A DNA stretch of 64,000 nucleotides from Candidatus Babeliales bacterium (lineage in GTDB: Bacteria; Babelota; Babeliae; Babelales; JACPOV01): assembly GCA_020054235.1 (NCBI GenBank), contig JAGVLQ010000004.1:60652-124651 (forward strand), given 5' to 3'. Positions 27,322 to 35,696 of this stretch are shown piece after piece (the stretch's first letter is position 1; the number at the start of each line of letters is the position of its first letter). The notes under the pieces were generated by a model. The model did not search any database and was not told where the DNA came from. It worked only from the letters and a program-made list of their open reading frames with translations. Position numbers and translations under genes: made by a program.

Positions 27322-28438
27322 GTTTGAACTTATTCATCAGTCAAAAAAATCTCGCGCTCGCGTTGGCCGCATCCACACGCCACACGGCATTATCGATACA
27401 CCAAACTTTGTCGCCGTTGGCACCAATGCAACGCTCAAAGCTCTGGATAGCGTAACGGCTGAAGATCTTGGTTTGCAGCTGATGTTTTGCAATACCTACC
27501 ATTTAATGCTACAACCAGGCACTGAAGTTATTAAACAAGCTGGCGGGCTGCATACATTTATCAATCGCAATCAACCAATTATCACTGACTCCGGTGGTTT
27601 TCAGGTTTTTAGTTTAGCGTACGGTGGTGTTGCCAATGAACTAAAAAGTAAAGGACAAAAAAAGTACGACAACTCTGTCTTAAAAATTGACGAAAATGGG
27701 GTGCTTTTTAGATCGTACCGTGATGGCAGCCCTGTTTTGCTTACACCCGAAACTTCAGTACAAGCGCAAAAAGATTTAGGGGCTGACATTATTATTCCTT
27801 TTGATGAATTACCACCCTACCACATTGACCCAAAAGCATTGAAAAAATCTCTCGATCGTACACATCGCTGGGAAAAACGTTCATTAGAATACCATTTAAA
27901 AAATCCACAAAACCAGGCGATGTATGCGGTAATTCATGGCGGTGTTGATCCTGCATTGCGCGCTGAAAGTGCAAAATTTTTGGCAGCATTGCCTTTTGAT
28001 GGTTATGCAATCGGCGGCAGTTTAGGAAAAAATAGAGAAGAAATGACACAAATGCTTGCGCATCTTATGCCATTATTGCCGAAAGATAAACCGAATCATT
28101 TACTCGGTATTGGCGACTTGCCTTCGATTGACTCCGGCGTAAAATTGGGTATCGATACGTTTGATTGTTCACACCCAACGCGCTCAGCACGACACGGACT
28201 GCTCTTTACCAGCCAAGGAAATTTAAAAATTTTGAATAGTGCCAACAAAACATCATTTGAACCAATTGATAAAACGTGCACGTGCTTAGTCTGCAAAAAA
28301 TACACCCGTGCATACCTACATCACTTATTCAAAGCCAAAGAAATGACCGGCTATAGCTTGGCATCCCTACACAATCTTCACTTTATGGTGCAGTTAATGC
28401 AGGATTATCGCGCTAAGATTTTACGTGATGAAATTTGA
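27308..28438 (+). CDS. tgt: tRNA-guanine transglycosylase (queuine/preQ1 tRNA-ribosyltransferase), divergent pocket
   Basis: Carries ITDSGGFQVFSL, FDGYAIGG, the catalytic GIDTFDC and the zinc site CTCLVCKKYTRAYLHHL. It has DEL where bacterial enzymes have DEC, and GGSLGKN where they have GGLAVGE. Confidence 0.85.
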   Translation: MKSFKFELIHQSKKSRARVGRIHTPHGIIDTPNFVAVGTNATLKALDSVTAEDLGLQLMFCNTYHLMLQPGTEVIKQAGGLHTFINRNQPIITDSGGFQVFSLAYGGVANELKSKGQKKYDNSVLKIDENGVLFRSYRDGSPVLLTPETSVQAQKDLGADIIIPFDELPPYHIDPKALKKSLDRTHRWEKRSLEYHLKNPQNQAMYAVIHGGVDPALRAESAKFLAALPFDGYAIGGSLGKNREEMTQMLAHLMPLLPKDKPNHLLGIGDLPSIDSGVKLGIDTFDCSHPTRSARHGLLFTSQGNLKILNSANKTSFEPIDKTCTCLVCKKYTRAYLHHLFKAKEMTGYSLASLHNLHFMVQLMQDYRAKILRDEI

Positions 28439-28440
28439 AA

Positions 28441-28839
28441 TCATGCAAAACATTCATTGAATTTATGTTTTACATCGTCCCAGGTATAGTTTTTCATAAA
28501 TTCAACAGCACCAATGGCGCTCGCAACACCTACAGAAGTTTTTACCAGCATATACAACAAGGTTCCAAAACCAACCGGTGGGATAATATAATAACCAAAT
28601 AAACCTACTACACTTCCTACTATACAGTTGCGGTAAAGTTCAAAAATTTCTTTTTCTTCTTTGGAAAGCTCTTTTTTTTCAGAAAGTTTAGTAAAAATTG
28701 TTTTAATCATAACTTTATTATCTACTTTTTGCTGCTCAGTATTTTCAATAACAACGTCCTGAGTAAAAATTTGTGCGCACGTGAAGGCAAACAAAGCAAG
28801 ATTTACCGATAGAAATATTTTTTTAAAATTCATAAACAT
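28441..28839 (-). CDS. Hypothetical membrane protein with a bilobed hydrophobic segment
   Basis: Signal/anchor N-terminus, a charged helical middle, then a hydrophobic stretch of about 45 aa split by PPVG (CIVGSVVGLFGYYIIPPVGFGTLLYMLVKTSVGVASAIGAV). Confidence 0.5.
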   Translation of the reverse strand: MFMNFKKIFLSVNLALFAFTCAQIFTQDVVIENTEQQKVDNKVMIKTIFTKLSEKKELSKEEKEIFELYRNCIVGSVVGLFGYYIIPPVGFGTLLYMLVKTSVGVASAIGAVEFMKNYTWDDVKHKFNECFA

Positions 28840-28970
28840 CCTTTTATGGTAAAAAATTAAGAGTTCTTTCTATTGTAATCAATGCAGACTGCAAGTCAAC
28901 TTACAAAAAATCGTTCGCTTTTTACCAGGCACTTGCTACACTGATAGAAAACCGAAAAAAGTTTAAATCT

Positions 28971-29714
28971 ATGAAAAAAATAACATCACGCCAAAATCCT
29001 GAAATTATTTCGATTGCAAAATTAGAAGATACCAAACAACGAGCACAACAAAATCGCTTTGTTGCCGAAGGCTTGCGCACCTGCGCTACCTTGTTAGAAG
29101 CTGGAATTTCCTTGATTCAATTGTATATTACTGAAGAAAATATAACCCCTGTCCAAGAACTTGTTCAAGAAGAAAAAATCACCCTTGTAAACAAAAGTGT
29201 TATGAATAAAATCAGTTCGGTAACAAGTCCGAGCGGTATTTTAGGTGTTTTTAAAATTCCTTCCAAACCATCGCTTGATAAGATTTCTGCTGGCATTGTT
29301 CTTGCCGGCATTACTGACCCTGGCAACATGGGCACGCTCATACGCACCTGTGCCGCGATGAACAAAAAAACAGTCGTTGTAGTGGGCGGCGTTGACCCCT
29401 GGAATAGCAAAGTTGTTCAAGCAAGTGCTGGAACAATTGGGTTGATAAATCTTTTTCAATGTTCATGGCAAGAATTGCTCAAGCATAAGAAAAAAAGAAT
29501 TCTGGCAGCACTGGTTGTTGCTGGCGGCAAATCAATCGATACCATTAATTTGCATGATGCTTTATTGGTAATCGGCAGTGAAGCTACAGGAATACCAGCT
29601 GAATGGCTTCCCGACTGTGATGAAAAAATAACTTTAGTAATGCCAGGACGCACTGAAAGTTTAAATGCTGCGGTCGCTGGTTCAATTGCAATGTATAACG
29701 CATGGATACAATAA
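28971..29714 (+). CDS. TrmH/SpoU-family RNA 2'-O-methyltransferase
   Basis: SPOUT C-terminal motifs LVIGSEATGIP and LVMPGRTESLNAAVAGSIAMY; N-terminal substrate-binding domain. Confidence 0.8.
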   Translation: MKKITSRQNPEIISIAKLEDTKQRAQQNRFVAEGLRTCATLLEAGISLIQLYITEENITPVQELVQEEKITLVNKSVMNKISSVTSPSGILGVFKIPSKPSLDKISAGIVLAGITDPGNMGTLIRTCAAMNKKTVVVVGGVDPWNSKVVQASAGTIGLINLFQCSWQELLKHKKKRILAALVVAGGKSIDTINLHDALLVIGSEATGIPAEWLPDCDEKITLVMPGRTESLNAAVAGSIAMYNAWIQ

Positions 29715-31018
29715 TGACAGAAGAAAAAAAATTAAGTTTTTGGCAAGCAACACTCATTACTATCAACGTCATGTTTGGCAGTGGTATTTTTATCAATACC
29801 GTGAATTTAGGAAAAATAGCAGGTGTATTTGGCTTTTTAAGTTATGCCACGGTGGCTCTTATTTTGCTTCCCCTCATTTTTTCTTTAATGGCCCTGGTAA
29901 AGCGCTATCCTGAAGGTGGTTTTTATGTTTATGCAGCCAAAGAACTTGGCTCATATTGGGGATTTTTAAGCGCGTGGGCGTACGCTACGGGCAAACTTGC
30001 TTCAGCGGCATTGCTTATTCATGTTTTTACTATGCTTATTCGAACTATAATAACACCGCTGGCAGCCATCAATCCATTCTTGATCGATTTTTTCATTTTA
30101 GGCATTTTTATGTGGCTCAATCATTATGCCCTTAAAACAAGCACGCGAATAATTTATGGTTTTATTTTTTGCAAAGTTACCCCAATTTTATTTGCCATTC
30201 TTGCAAGTATCTATTTGATGGGAAACTGGCATGTACCAACAGAAAGTCTTTTATTTTCTGGCATTCCGCTTTCTATTCCGCTCGTGCTTTATGCCTTTGT
30301 TGGTTTTGAAACAGCGTGCTCAATAAGTCTTCGGATCGAAAATCCTGCACGCAATGCTGCGCGGGTAATTCTTTATTCATTTTTATTTACGGTTATTATT
30401 ACTACCTTGTATCAATTAGTCACGTTTCTGGCCATAGGTCCTCAACTGATGAAAGCGGAAGGGTTCCTTGAAATTTTTCCCACTTTTTTTGTGCATCTTT
30501 TTGTCAAACATCACCCTGCAACTGTGCACATCGTAAACATTTTTCATATAGCAGCAGCTGTTTCTGCATTAGGCGGTAGTTACGGCATGATTTTCAGTAA
30601 TGCATGGAATTTTTATGTCATCGCAGAAAACAAGCATATGTTTTTTTCTGAAACATTAACGAACAAAAATAGCTACGGCATTCCCTTTGGCTGTGTACTT
30701 TTCGAAGGATTCATCTGTGCTTTTTATATGATTGTTACGCAAGCAAATCAAATTATTCTGCAACAAATTAGCGTATTTGGTTGTTCAATAGCTTTTCTGC
30801 TCAGCGTGCTCGCCTTATTGAAAATTCATTATGCAAAAAAAGAATATCTGCTTTCTTCTGTGACGCAGTATTTAGCCTGCGCAAGTACTACTGCTCTTTT
30901 GATAATGTGTATTCGCAATTTCAGTTACTGGGGCATCGAATATTTACTTTTATTTATTGGCAATCTTGTTTGTGGCTCATTGATGTATAGGTGGCAGAGA
31001 AAGATCACCGCAATTTAA
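29702..31018 (+). CDS. APC-superfamily amino-acid permease
   Basis: 438 aa with about 12 predicted TM helices and the N-terminal APC pattern FWQATLITINVMFGSGIF. An alternative start at 29714 gives a TAATG overlap with the upstream stop. Confidence 0.7.
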   Translation: MDTIMTEEKKLSFWQATLITINVMFGSGIFINTVNLGKIAGVFGFLSYATVALILLPLIFSLMALVKRYPEGGFYVYAAKELGSYWGFLSAWAYATGKLASAALLIHVFTMLIRTIITPLAAINPFLIDFFILGIFMWLNHYALKTSTRIIYGFIFCKVTPILFAILASIYLMGNWHVPTESLLFSGIPLSIPLVLYAFVGFETACSISLRIENPARNAARVILYSFLFTVIITTLYQLVTFLAIGPQLMKAEGFLEIFPTFFVHLFVKHHPATVHIVNIFHIAAAVSALGGSYGMIFSNAWNFYVIAENKHMFFSETLTNKNSYGIPFGCVLFEGFICAFYMIVTQANQIILQQISVFGCSIAFLLSVLALLKIHYAKKEYLLSSVTQYLACASTTALLIMCIRNFSYWGIEYLLLFIGNLVCGSLMYRWQRKITAI

Positions 31019-32066
31019 GCGTCATTAAGGCACACAAGCATAAAATTAATGAAATAATCCCAAAGCGCACGGTAATTTTTGATTCCTGCCAGCCCATTAA
31101 TTCAAAGTGGTGATGAATCGGTGCCATTTTAAACATACGCTTGCCTAGAAATTTATACGATAAAACTTGTAAAATTACCGAAAGTGCTTCGACTACAAAA
31201 AGTCCTCCTGACAAAGGCAAAAGTAATTCTTGTTTGGAAATAAGCGCCATCAAAGCCAAGCCACTTCCTAAAGCCAATGAACCGATATCTCCCATAAAAA
31301 TTTGTGCCGGATAGGTGTTGTACCACAAAAAACCAATAGAAGCGCCAACCAGCGTTGCACCAATGATTGCAATTTCCGCACTATGAGCAAAAGGAATATG
31401 CAAATAATGCGCAACTTTAAAGTTGCCGGCCAAATAACAGATCAATGAAAATGTTGCAAAATTGGGAATTAATGAAGTTATAGCAAGCCCATCCAAGCCG
31501 TCGGTTAAATTCACCGCATTGCTGCATCCAACAATAATAAATACTGCCCACGGAATAAATAACCAACCAAGATTTGGATTGAACCACTTAAAAAAAGGAA
31601 AACTTACCGTTGTTGATAATCCTGAAACCATCAAAAAAATCACTGTCAATGAAGCTATCGAAACTTGAAGCCAAAATTTCGAACGCGCAGAAATACCTTT
31701 GTGTCGCCTAATTTTGCACCAATCATCCCAAAAACCAAGTGCACCAAATCCAATTAAACAGAATAAAAAAATCCAAACACTCGGTTTGGTTAAATTGCAC
31801 CATAAAAAACTATTGAAAAGTACAACTGACAAAATAAGCAACCCGCCCATGGTGGGCATATTATCTTTACTTTTATGCGTTTCGGGTGTCCATTCGCGTG
31901 CTTTTGATCTGAAAAATTTTTGAGAAAATTCTAAAAAAAAACGCCCAAATAAAAATGAGCAAAATAACGCTGTTAACAATGCAGCCATGGCACGAAAGCT
32001 TACATAGTGCACAACATTAAAAAGAATCCAATAACTTTTGAGAATTTGGCTCAAATGATAGAGCAT
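31005..32066 (-). CDS. mraY: Phospho-N-acetylmuramoyl-pentapeptide transferase
   Basis: Carries KSKDNMPTMGG, NAVNLTDGLDGLA, FMGDIGSLALG and APIHHHFELMGW. Confidence 0.92.
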   Translation of the reverse strand: MLYHLSQILKSYWILFNVVHYVSFRAMAALLTALFCSFLFGRFFLEFSQKFFRSKAREWTPETHKSKDNMPTMGGLLILSVVLFNSFLWCNLTKPSVWIFLFCLIGFGALGFWDDWCKIRRHKGISARSKFWLQVSIASLTVIFLMVSGLSTTVSFPFFKWFNPNLGWLFIPWAVFIIVGCSNAVNLTDGLDGLAITSLIPNFATFSLICYLAGNFKVAHYLHIPFAHSAEIAIIGATLVGASIGFLWYNTYPAQIFMGDIGSLALGSGLALMALISKQELLLPLSGGLFVVEALSVILQVLSYKFLGKRMFKMAPIHHHFELMGWQESKITVRFGIISLILCLCALMTLKLR

Positions 32067-32142
32067 AGTAACCCCTTCATGATCAAAATTATATCTAAAT
32101 AATCACCAAACTTTAATCTGAAAACAAATATAAAAAAATAAT

Positions 32143-32265
32143 GCGCTCGTGGTGAGTGATTTCGAAGAAATCGTATCGAACCATACGAGACCGAATAAAA
32201 ATAAATTTTTGTACTCCTATGGTTCGATACATTTTTCCTAACGGAAAAACACTCACCATGAGCGC
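32143..32265. repeat. Inverted doublet of a roughly 48-nt hairpin repeat unit (REPIN/BIME-like), locus 1
   Basis: The left unit is gcgctcgtggtgagtgatttcgaagaaatcgtatcgaaccatacgag. The right unit is its imperfect reverse complement (ctcctatggttcgatac...cactcaccatgagcgc). An AT-rich spacer separates them. The same unit recurs at 56914-57073 and 58071-58178. Confidence 0.75.
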
Positions 32266-32409
32266 CTTTTAATTTTTATTTCACTCTAACAATAATACCA
32301 ACTTTTAAGGTCAATTCATGTTAACCATTCTATGCAACTGGCACAAAAGCACAACTTTTAGATCTAAAGATACCAAAACAGGTTAAAAAGCCCTAAACAA
32401 GGGGCCCTT

Positions 32410-32437
32410 TTGACATTCCAATGACACTGGTTAAACT
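32410..32437 (+). promoter_or_regulatory. Candidate sigma70-type promoter for the 32578 gene
   Basis: TTGACA (32410-32415), 16 nt, then TAAACT (32432-32437). Such matches arise by chance in AT-rich DNA. Confidence 0.3.
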
Positions 32438-32577
32438 AGTAAATGCTAAGCGAAAGGATTAAAAAATATCATAAAGCATAGTAAAAAATTGAAATATGAA
32501 ATTTATATTTCTAATAGAAATTTGACAAAATTGTTTAATCTTGAACGTAACATTAGAAAAACTAGAGGAACATATTC

Positions 32578-33108
32578 ATGAAATTATCAATTATTCAATC
32601 TACAGCGCTCGCTCTTGCATTTACCATCTCTTCATTAATTCCCGCAAACACGGAATGTGCTGCACGAACTGCACAACCAAATCAAAAAATCGATCCTATG
32701 ACAGAGGTGTACCAAGTTTTAGAAGAATGCCTTTTTCTAAGAGCAAATACCAGAACGGTCAATAAGCCATTCAGCTATTTTGTCGATAAACTCGTAGAAA
32801 TAGTAACAACAAATGCAAACTATTTTAAATCATACGGCGCAAATCTTGTTGAAACATTCAAACAAGACATGAATAGCATTCGCAATGAGAAAAATGGTAT
32901 AAAAGTTGGTAAAGTATTAGTTCGTTATAAACAGTTTATGCCAGATTCAATGAAAAGCACTAATCCTCTACAACTTCTTAAAATACTAAAAAAACGTCTC
33001 GCTATTCAAGATGATGGCAGCGTCGATGAAGCTGTTGAACAATCAACAACAACCATGGAAAGAATTGTTGGCTTTATTGTTTCAATTAAAGAATATTTCT
33101 CTAAATAA
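32578..33108 (+). CDS. Hypothetical secreted protein
   Basis: 176 aa with signal peptide MKLSIIQSTALALAFTISSLIPA and a helical remainder. No family recognised. Confidence 0.55.
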   Translation: MKLSIIQSTALALAFTISSLIPANTECAARTAQPNQKIDPMTEVYQVLEECLFLRANTRTVNKPFSYFVDKLVEIVTTNANYFKSYGANLVETFKQDMNSIRNEKNGIKVGKVLVRYKQFMPDSMKSTNPLQLLKILKKRLAIQDDGSVDEAVEQSTTTMERIVGFIVSIKEYFSK

Positions 33109-33162
33109 TACAGGGGAATTGGAGGACCGTCGCATAAAGCTGTTTTATAAAAACGCTTTTCA

Positions 33163-33191
33163 TTGCGACAAGCCCATAACTAGGGTATACT
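33163..33191 (+). promoter_or_regulatory. Candidate sigma70-type promoter upstream of mnmG
   Basis: TTGCGA (33163-33168), 17 nt, then TATACT (33186-33191). It sits immediately upstream of the terminator hairpin. Confidence 0.35.
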
Positions 33192-33193
33192 AA

Positions 33194-33229
33194 GGATCGC
33201 AGGGTAACTCCTGCGATCCATCGTTTTTT
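33194..33229 (+). terminator. Rho-independent terminator after the 32578-33108 gene
   Basis: Perfect 10-bp stem ggatcgcagg (33194-33203) / cctgcgatcc (33210-33219) with loop gtaact, followed by atcgtttttt. Confidence 0.65.
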
Positions 33230-33247
33230 AACCCCAAAATCAACCTC

Positions 33248-35059
33248 ATGAAAAAAATAGAAAATTCATTTGATGTCATTGTTGTCGGTGGTGGTCACGC
33301 TGGTATTGAAGCTGCATATGCTGCCGCACGCATGGGATCAAAAACCCTACTTATTACCTTAGATTTAAAAAAAATTGGCTGGATGCCCTGCAACCCTGCT
33401 ATTGGTGGCATTGGCAAAGGGCACATTGTATTTGAAATTAGTGCTTTTGGTGGGCTCATGCCCAAATTATGCACAACAACTTATTTGCAAGCTCGTATGC
33501 TTAATACTAAAAAAGGTGCCGCAGTTCAAGGATTGCGCTTGCAAATTGACAAAGATGCCTACAACAAACAAAGTATTGAAGCCCTCAAAAACACAGAAAA
33601 CCTAACTCTTACGGCCGGGGCTGTCGAACAGCTTTTATTAGAAAATAACACCGTCAAAGGGATTGAAACCAAAGACGGTACTTTGTATTATGCACCAACC
33701 GTCGTGTTAACAACCGGCACTTTCTTAAATGGGTTAATGCATATTGGTGCTCAAAAAATTGTTGGTGGTCGCACCGGCGAAGGTGCTGTTAGTGGCCTTT
33801 CAAAAAATATCGCCTCACTCGGCCTAGAACTTGGCCGTTTAAAAACAGGAACGCCGCCGCGTTTATTGCGCGAAAGTTTAGATTTTTCTAAAATGACAGA
33901 ACAAGAACCTGATACCTTATCGTATCTTTTTGAATTTCATCCTCATGTCGTCAAAAATACCCACCCATGTTTTATTACCTACACCAATGAACAAACTCAC
34001 GAAATTATAAAAAATTCAGCCCACCTTTCACCGATTCTTTCAAAAGAAATAGTTTCACGAGGGCCACGATATTGCCCTTCAATAGAAGACAAAATTACTC
34101 GCTTTCCGGACAAAAACGGACATCATGTTTTTGTTGAACCCGAAACTGCATCATTTGATGAGGTATACCCAAATGGCATTTCAACTTCATTGCCATTAGA
34201 AATACAAGAAAAATATATTCGCTCAATTGCAGGCTTTGAACATGCCATCATTACAAAACCTGGTTATGCTGTTGAATATGATTTTGTTTTGCCTGATCAA
34301 CTTAAGCATACGCTTGAAGTTAAAAAATGTTTTGGCCTTTTTTTAGCCGGACAAATTAATGGTACCACCGGCTATGAAGAAGCCGCCGGCCAAGGTCTTG
34401 TTGCCGGCATTAATGCGCATTTAAAAAGTCATAATAAAGAGCCATATATTCTTTCCCGCAATAATAGCTACATTGGCGTTATGATTGATGATCTTGTTAC
34501 GCTCGGCGTTGATGAACCTTACCGCATGTTTACTTCACGTGCTGAGCGCCGCTTGCTTTTGCGCCAGGACAATGTTTTTTACCGTCTGTCAGATGATAGT
34601 TACAACCTGGGACTAATTGACAAAAAATTGTATCAAGAAATAAAAATTGAACAAGAATTGGTAGAGAATTCTGTTGCAAAAATTCGTTCAGGAAAGCAAA
34701 AAGATATATTGCCACTTTTAAGCCGCGATGAAAGCAATATCGATTTAATACGACAACTTGTAAAAGAACCGCTCAATGACCGTGCAGCTTTATCAATTTG
34801 GGCAGAAATTAGGTATTACCATTATATCCAGCGTGAGCATAAAGAAGTTCAAAAAATTGAAAAATACCAGGAACTTTCCATTCCTGAAGATTTTTGCTAT
34901 ACCCAAGTTCCAGGATTATCTAAAGAATTGCAACAAAAACTTAGCAAGCATAAACCACCCACTATTGCCCAAGCATTCTTAATTCCTGGTATAACTCCTG
35001 CAGCAATTTCATTATTGATAATGCGTATTCACAACAGTGGTAAAAAGCAGCTCGTGTAA
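33248..35059 (+). CDS. mnmG: tRNA uridine 5-carboxymethylaminomethyl modification enzyme
   Basis: FAD motif FDVIVVGGGHAGIEAA plus GPRYCPSIEDK and LFLAGQINGTTGYEEAAGQG. 603 aa. Confidence 0.92.
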   Translation: MKKIENSFDVIVVGGGHAGIEAAYAAARMGSKTLLITLDLKKIGWMPCNPAIGGIGKGHIVFEISAFGGLMPKLCTTTYLQARMLNTKKGAAVQGLRLQIDKDAYNKQSIEALKNTENLTLTAGAVEQLLLENNTVKGIETKDGTLYYAPTVVLTTGTFLNGLMHIGAQKIVGGRTGEGAVSGLSKNIASLGLELGRLKTGTPPRLLRESLDFSKMTEQEPDTLSYLFEFHPHVVKNTHPCFITYTNEQTHEIIKNSAHLSPILSKEIVSRGPRYCPSIEDKITRFPDKNGHHVFVEPETASFDEVYPNGISTSLPLEIQEKYIRSIAGFEHAIITKPGYAVEYDFVLPDQLKHTLEVKKCFGLFLAGQINGTTGYEEAAGQGLVAGINAHLKSHNKEPYILSRNNSYIGVMIDDLVTLGVDEPYRMFTSRAERRLLLRQDNVFYRLSDDSYNLGLIDKKLYQEIKIEQELVENSVAKIRSGKQKDILPLLSRDESNIDLIRQLVKEPLNDRAALSIWAEIRYYHYIQREHKEVQKIEKYQELSIPEDFCYTQVPGLSKELQQKLSKHKPPTIAQAFLIPGITPAAISLLIMRIHNSGKKQLV

Positions 35060-35298
35060 TAACCCCACTTTGTTTTCATGACGCCTTTCACAATATTAAA
35101 AATAGTGAACAAAAAAAATAACATGGCCAACACGGCTAATTAATATATTCATGCTCCTTCTTCTCTTCTTCATAATCAACTTTAATTCAACAATCTCAGC
35201 CCATAATCTTTCAAAACTATTTTGTTAACCATAAAAAATAGTTATATTGATTTTTAATAAAAAAACTTCAGTCTATGGAAAATAACTAAGAGGATTCT

Positions 35299-35691
35299 AT
35301 GAAAAAAAATTTTCTTTTGTGCTTTATGCTATTATTCAACACACTATTTGCTGAAACTATTCTAGAAAAGCATATTATTTTGCCACGTGAATTTCATATT
35401 GGCCAAGAGTTTATTTATGAAGGAATTCCGTATATTATAAAAGGATACGAGCAAAAAAAAAGTAATTTTTATGAAAAAGTTAAACTAATACTAGAACATC
35501 CAATAGAACTTGGCCTTGAGTTTGGCACAGAAACGATTATTTTGAAAATTAAACATGGCAAGGACAAAAATAACGAAATAACTTACGATACAAGTCTCCG
35601 TAAACGCATACGCTCTTATAATTGGAAAGCTTATTTATTCGGCTACTTATTAATCCGTTATTTTATTCCTCCTCTAATTTCGGTAAAGTGA
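35299..35691 (+). CDS. Hypothetical secreted protein
   Basis: 130 aa, RBS aagagg, signal peptide MKKNFLLCFMLLFNTLFA. No family recognised. Confidence 0.5.
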   Translation: MKKNFLLCFMLLFNTLFAETILEKHIILPREFHIGQEFIYEGIPYIIKGYEQKKSNFYEKVKLILEHPIELGLEFGTETIILKIKHGKDKNNEITYDTSLRKRIRSYNWKAYLFGYLLIRYFIPPLISVK

Positions 35692-35696
35692 AAACT

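Noticed and set aside
32214-32235. tRNA-like GGTTCGA(T/G)AC sequences (T-loop look-alikes) at 32221 and 57040. I considered hidden tRNA genes or tRNA-derived elements.
   Set aside because: No acceptor stem, D-arm or anticodon arm can be drawn around them. They are the tail segment of the hairpin repeat unit in reverse orientation.
32385-32412. Imperfect hairpin aaaagccc-taaacaag-gggcccttt, considered as an orphan terminator or sRNA 3' end.
   Set aside because: The stem is only 4-5 GC pairs with a bulge. No upstream gene on either strand would use it. It overlaps the candidate -35 of the 32578 promoter. Evidence is insufficient.
35105-35185. Minus-strand 25-codon ORF (MKKRRRSMNILISRVGHVIFFVHYF) in the mnmG-downstream gap.
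   Set aside because: It is too short, has no RBS that I can see and no recognisable family. It is indistinguishable from chance in AT-rich DNA.
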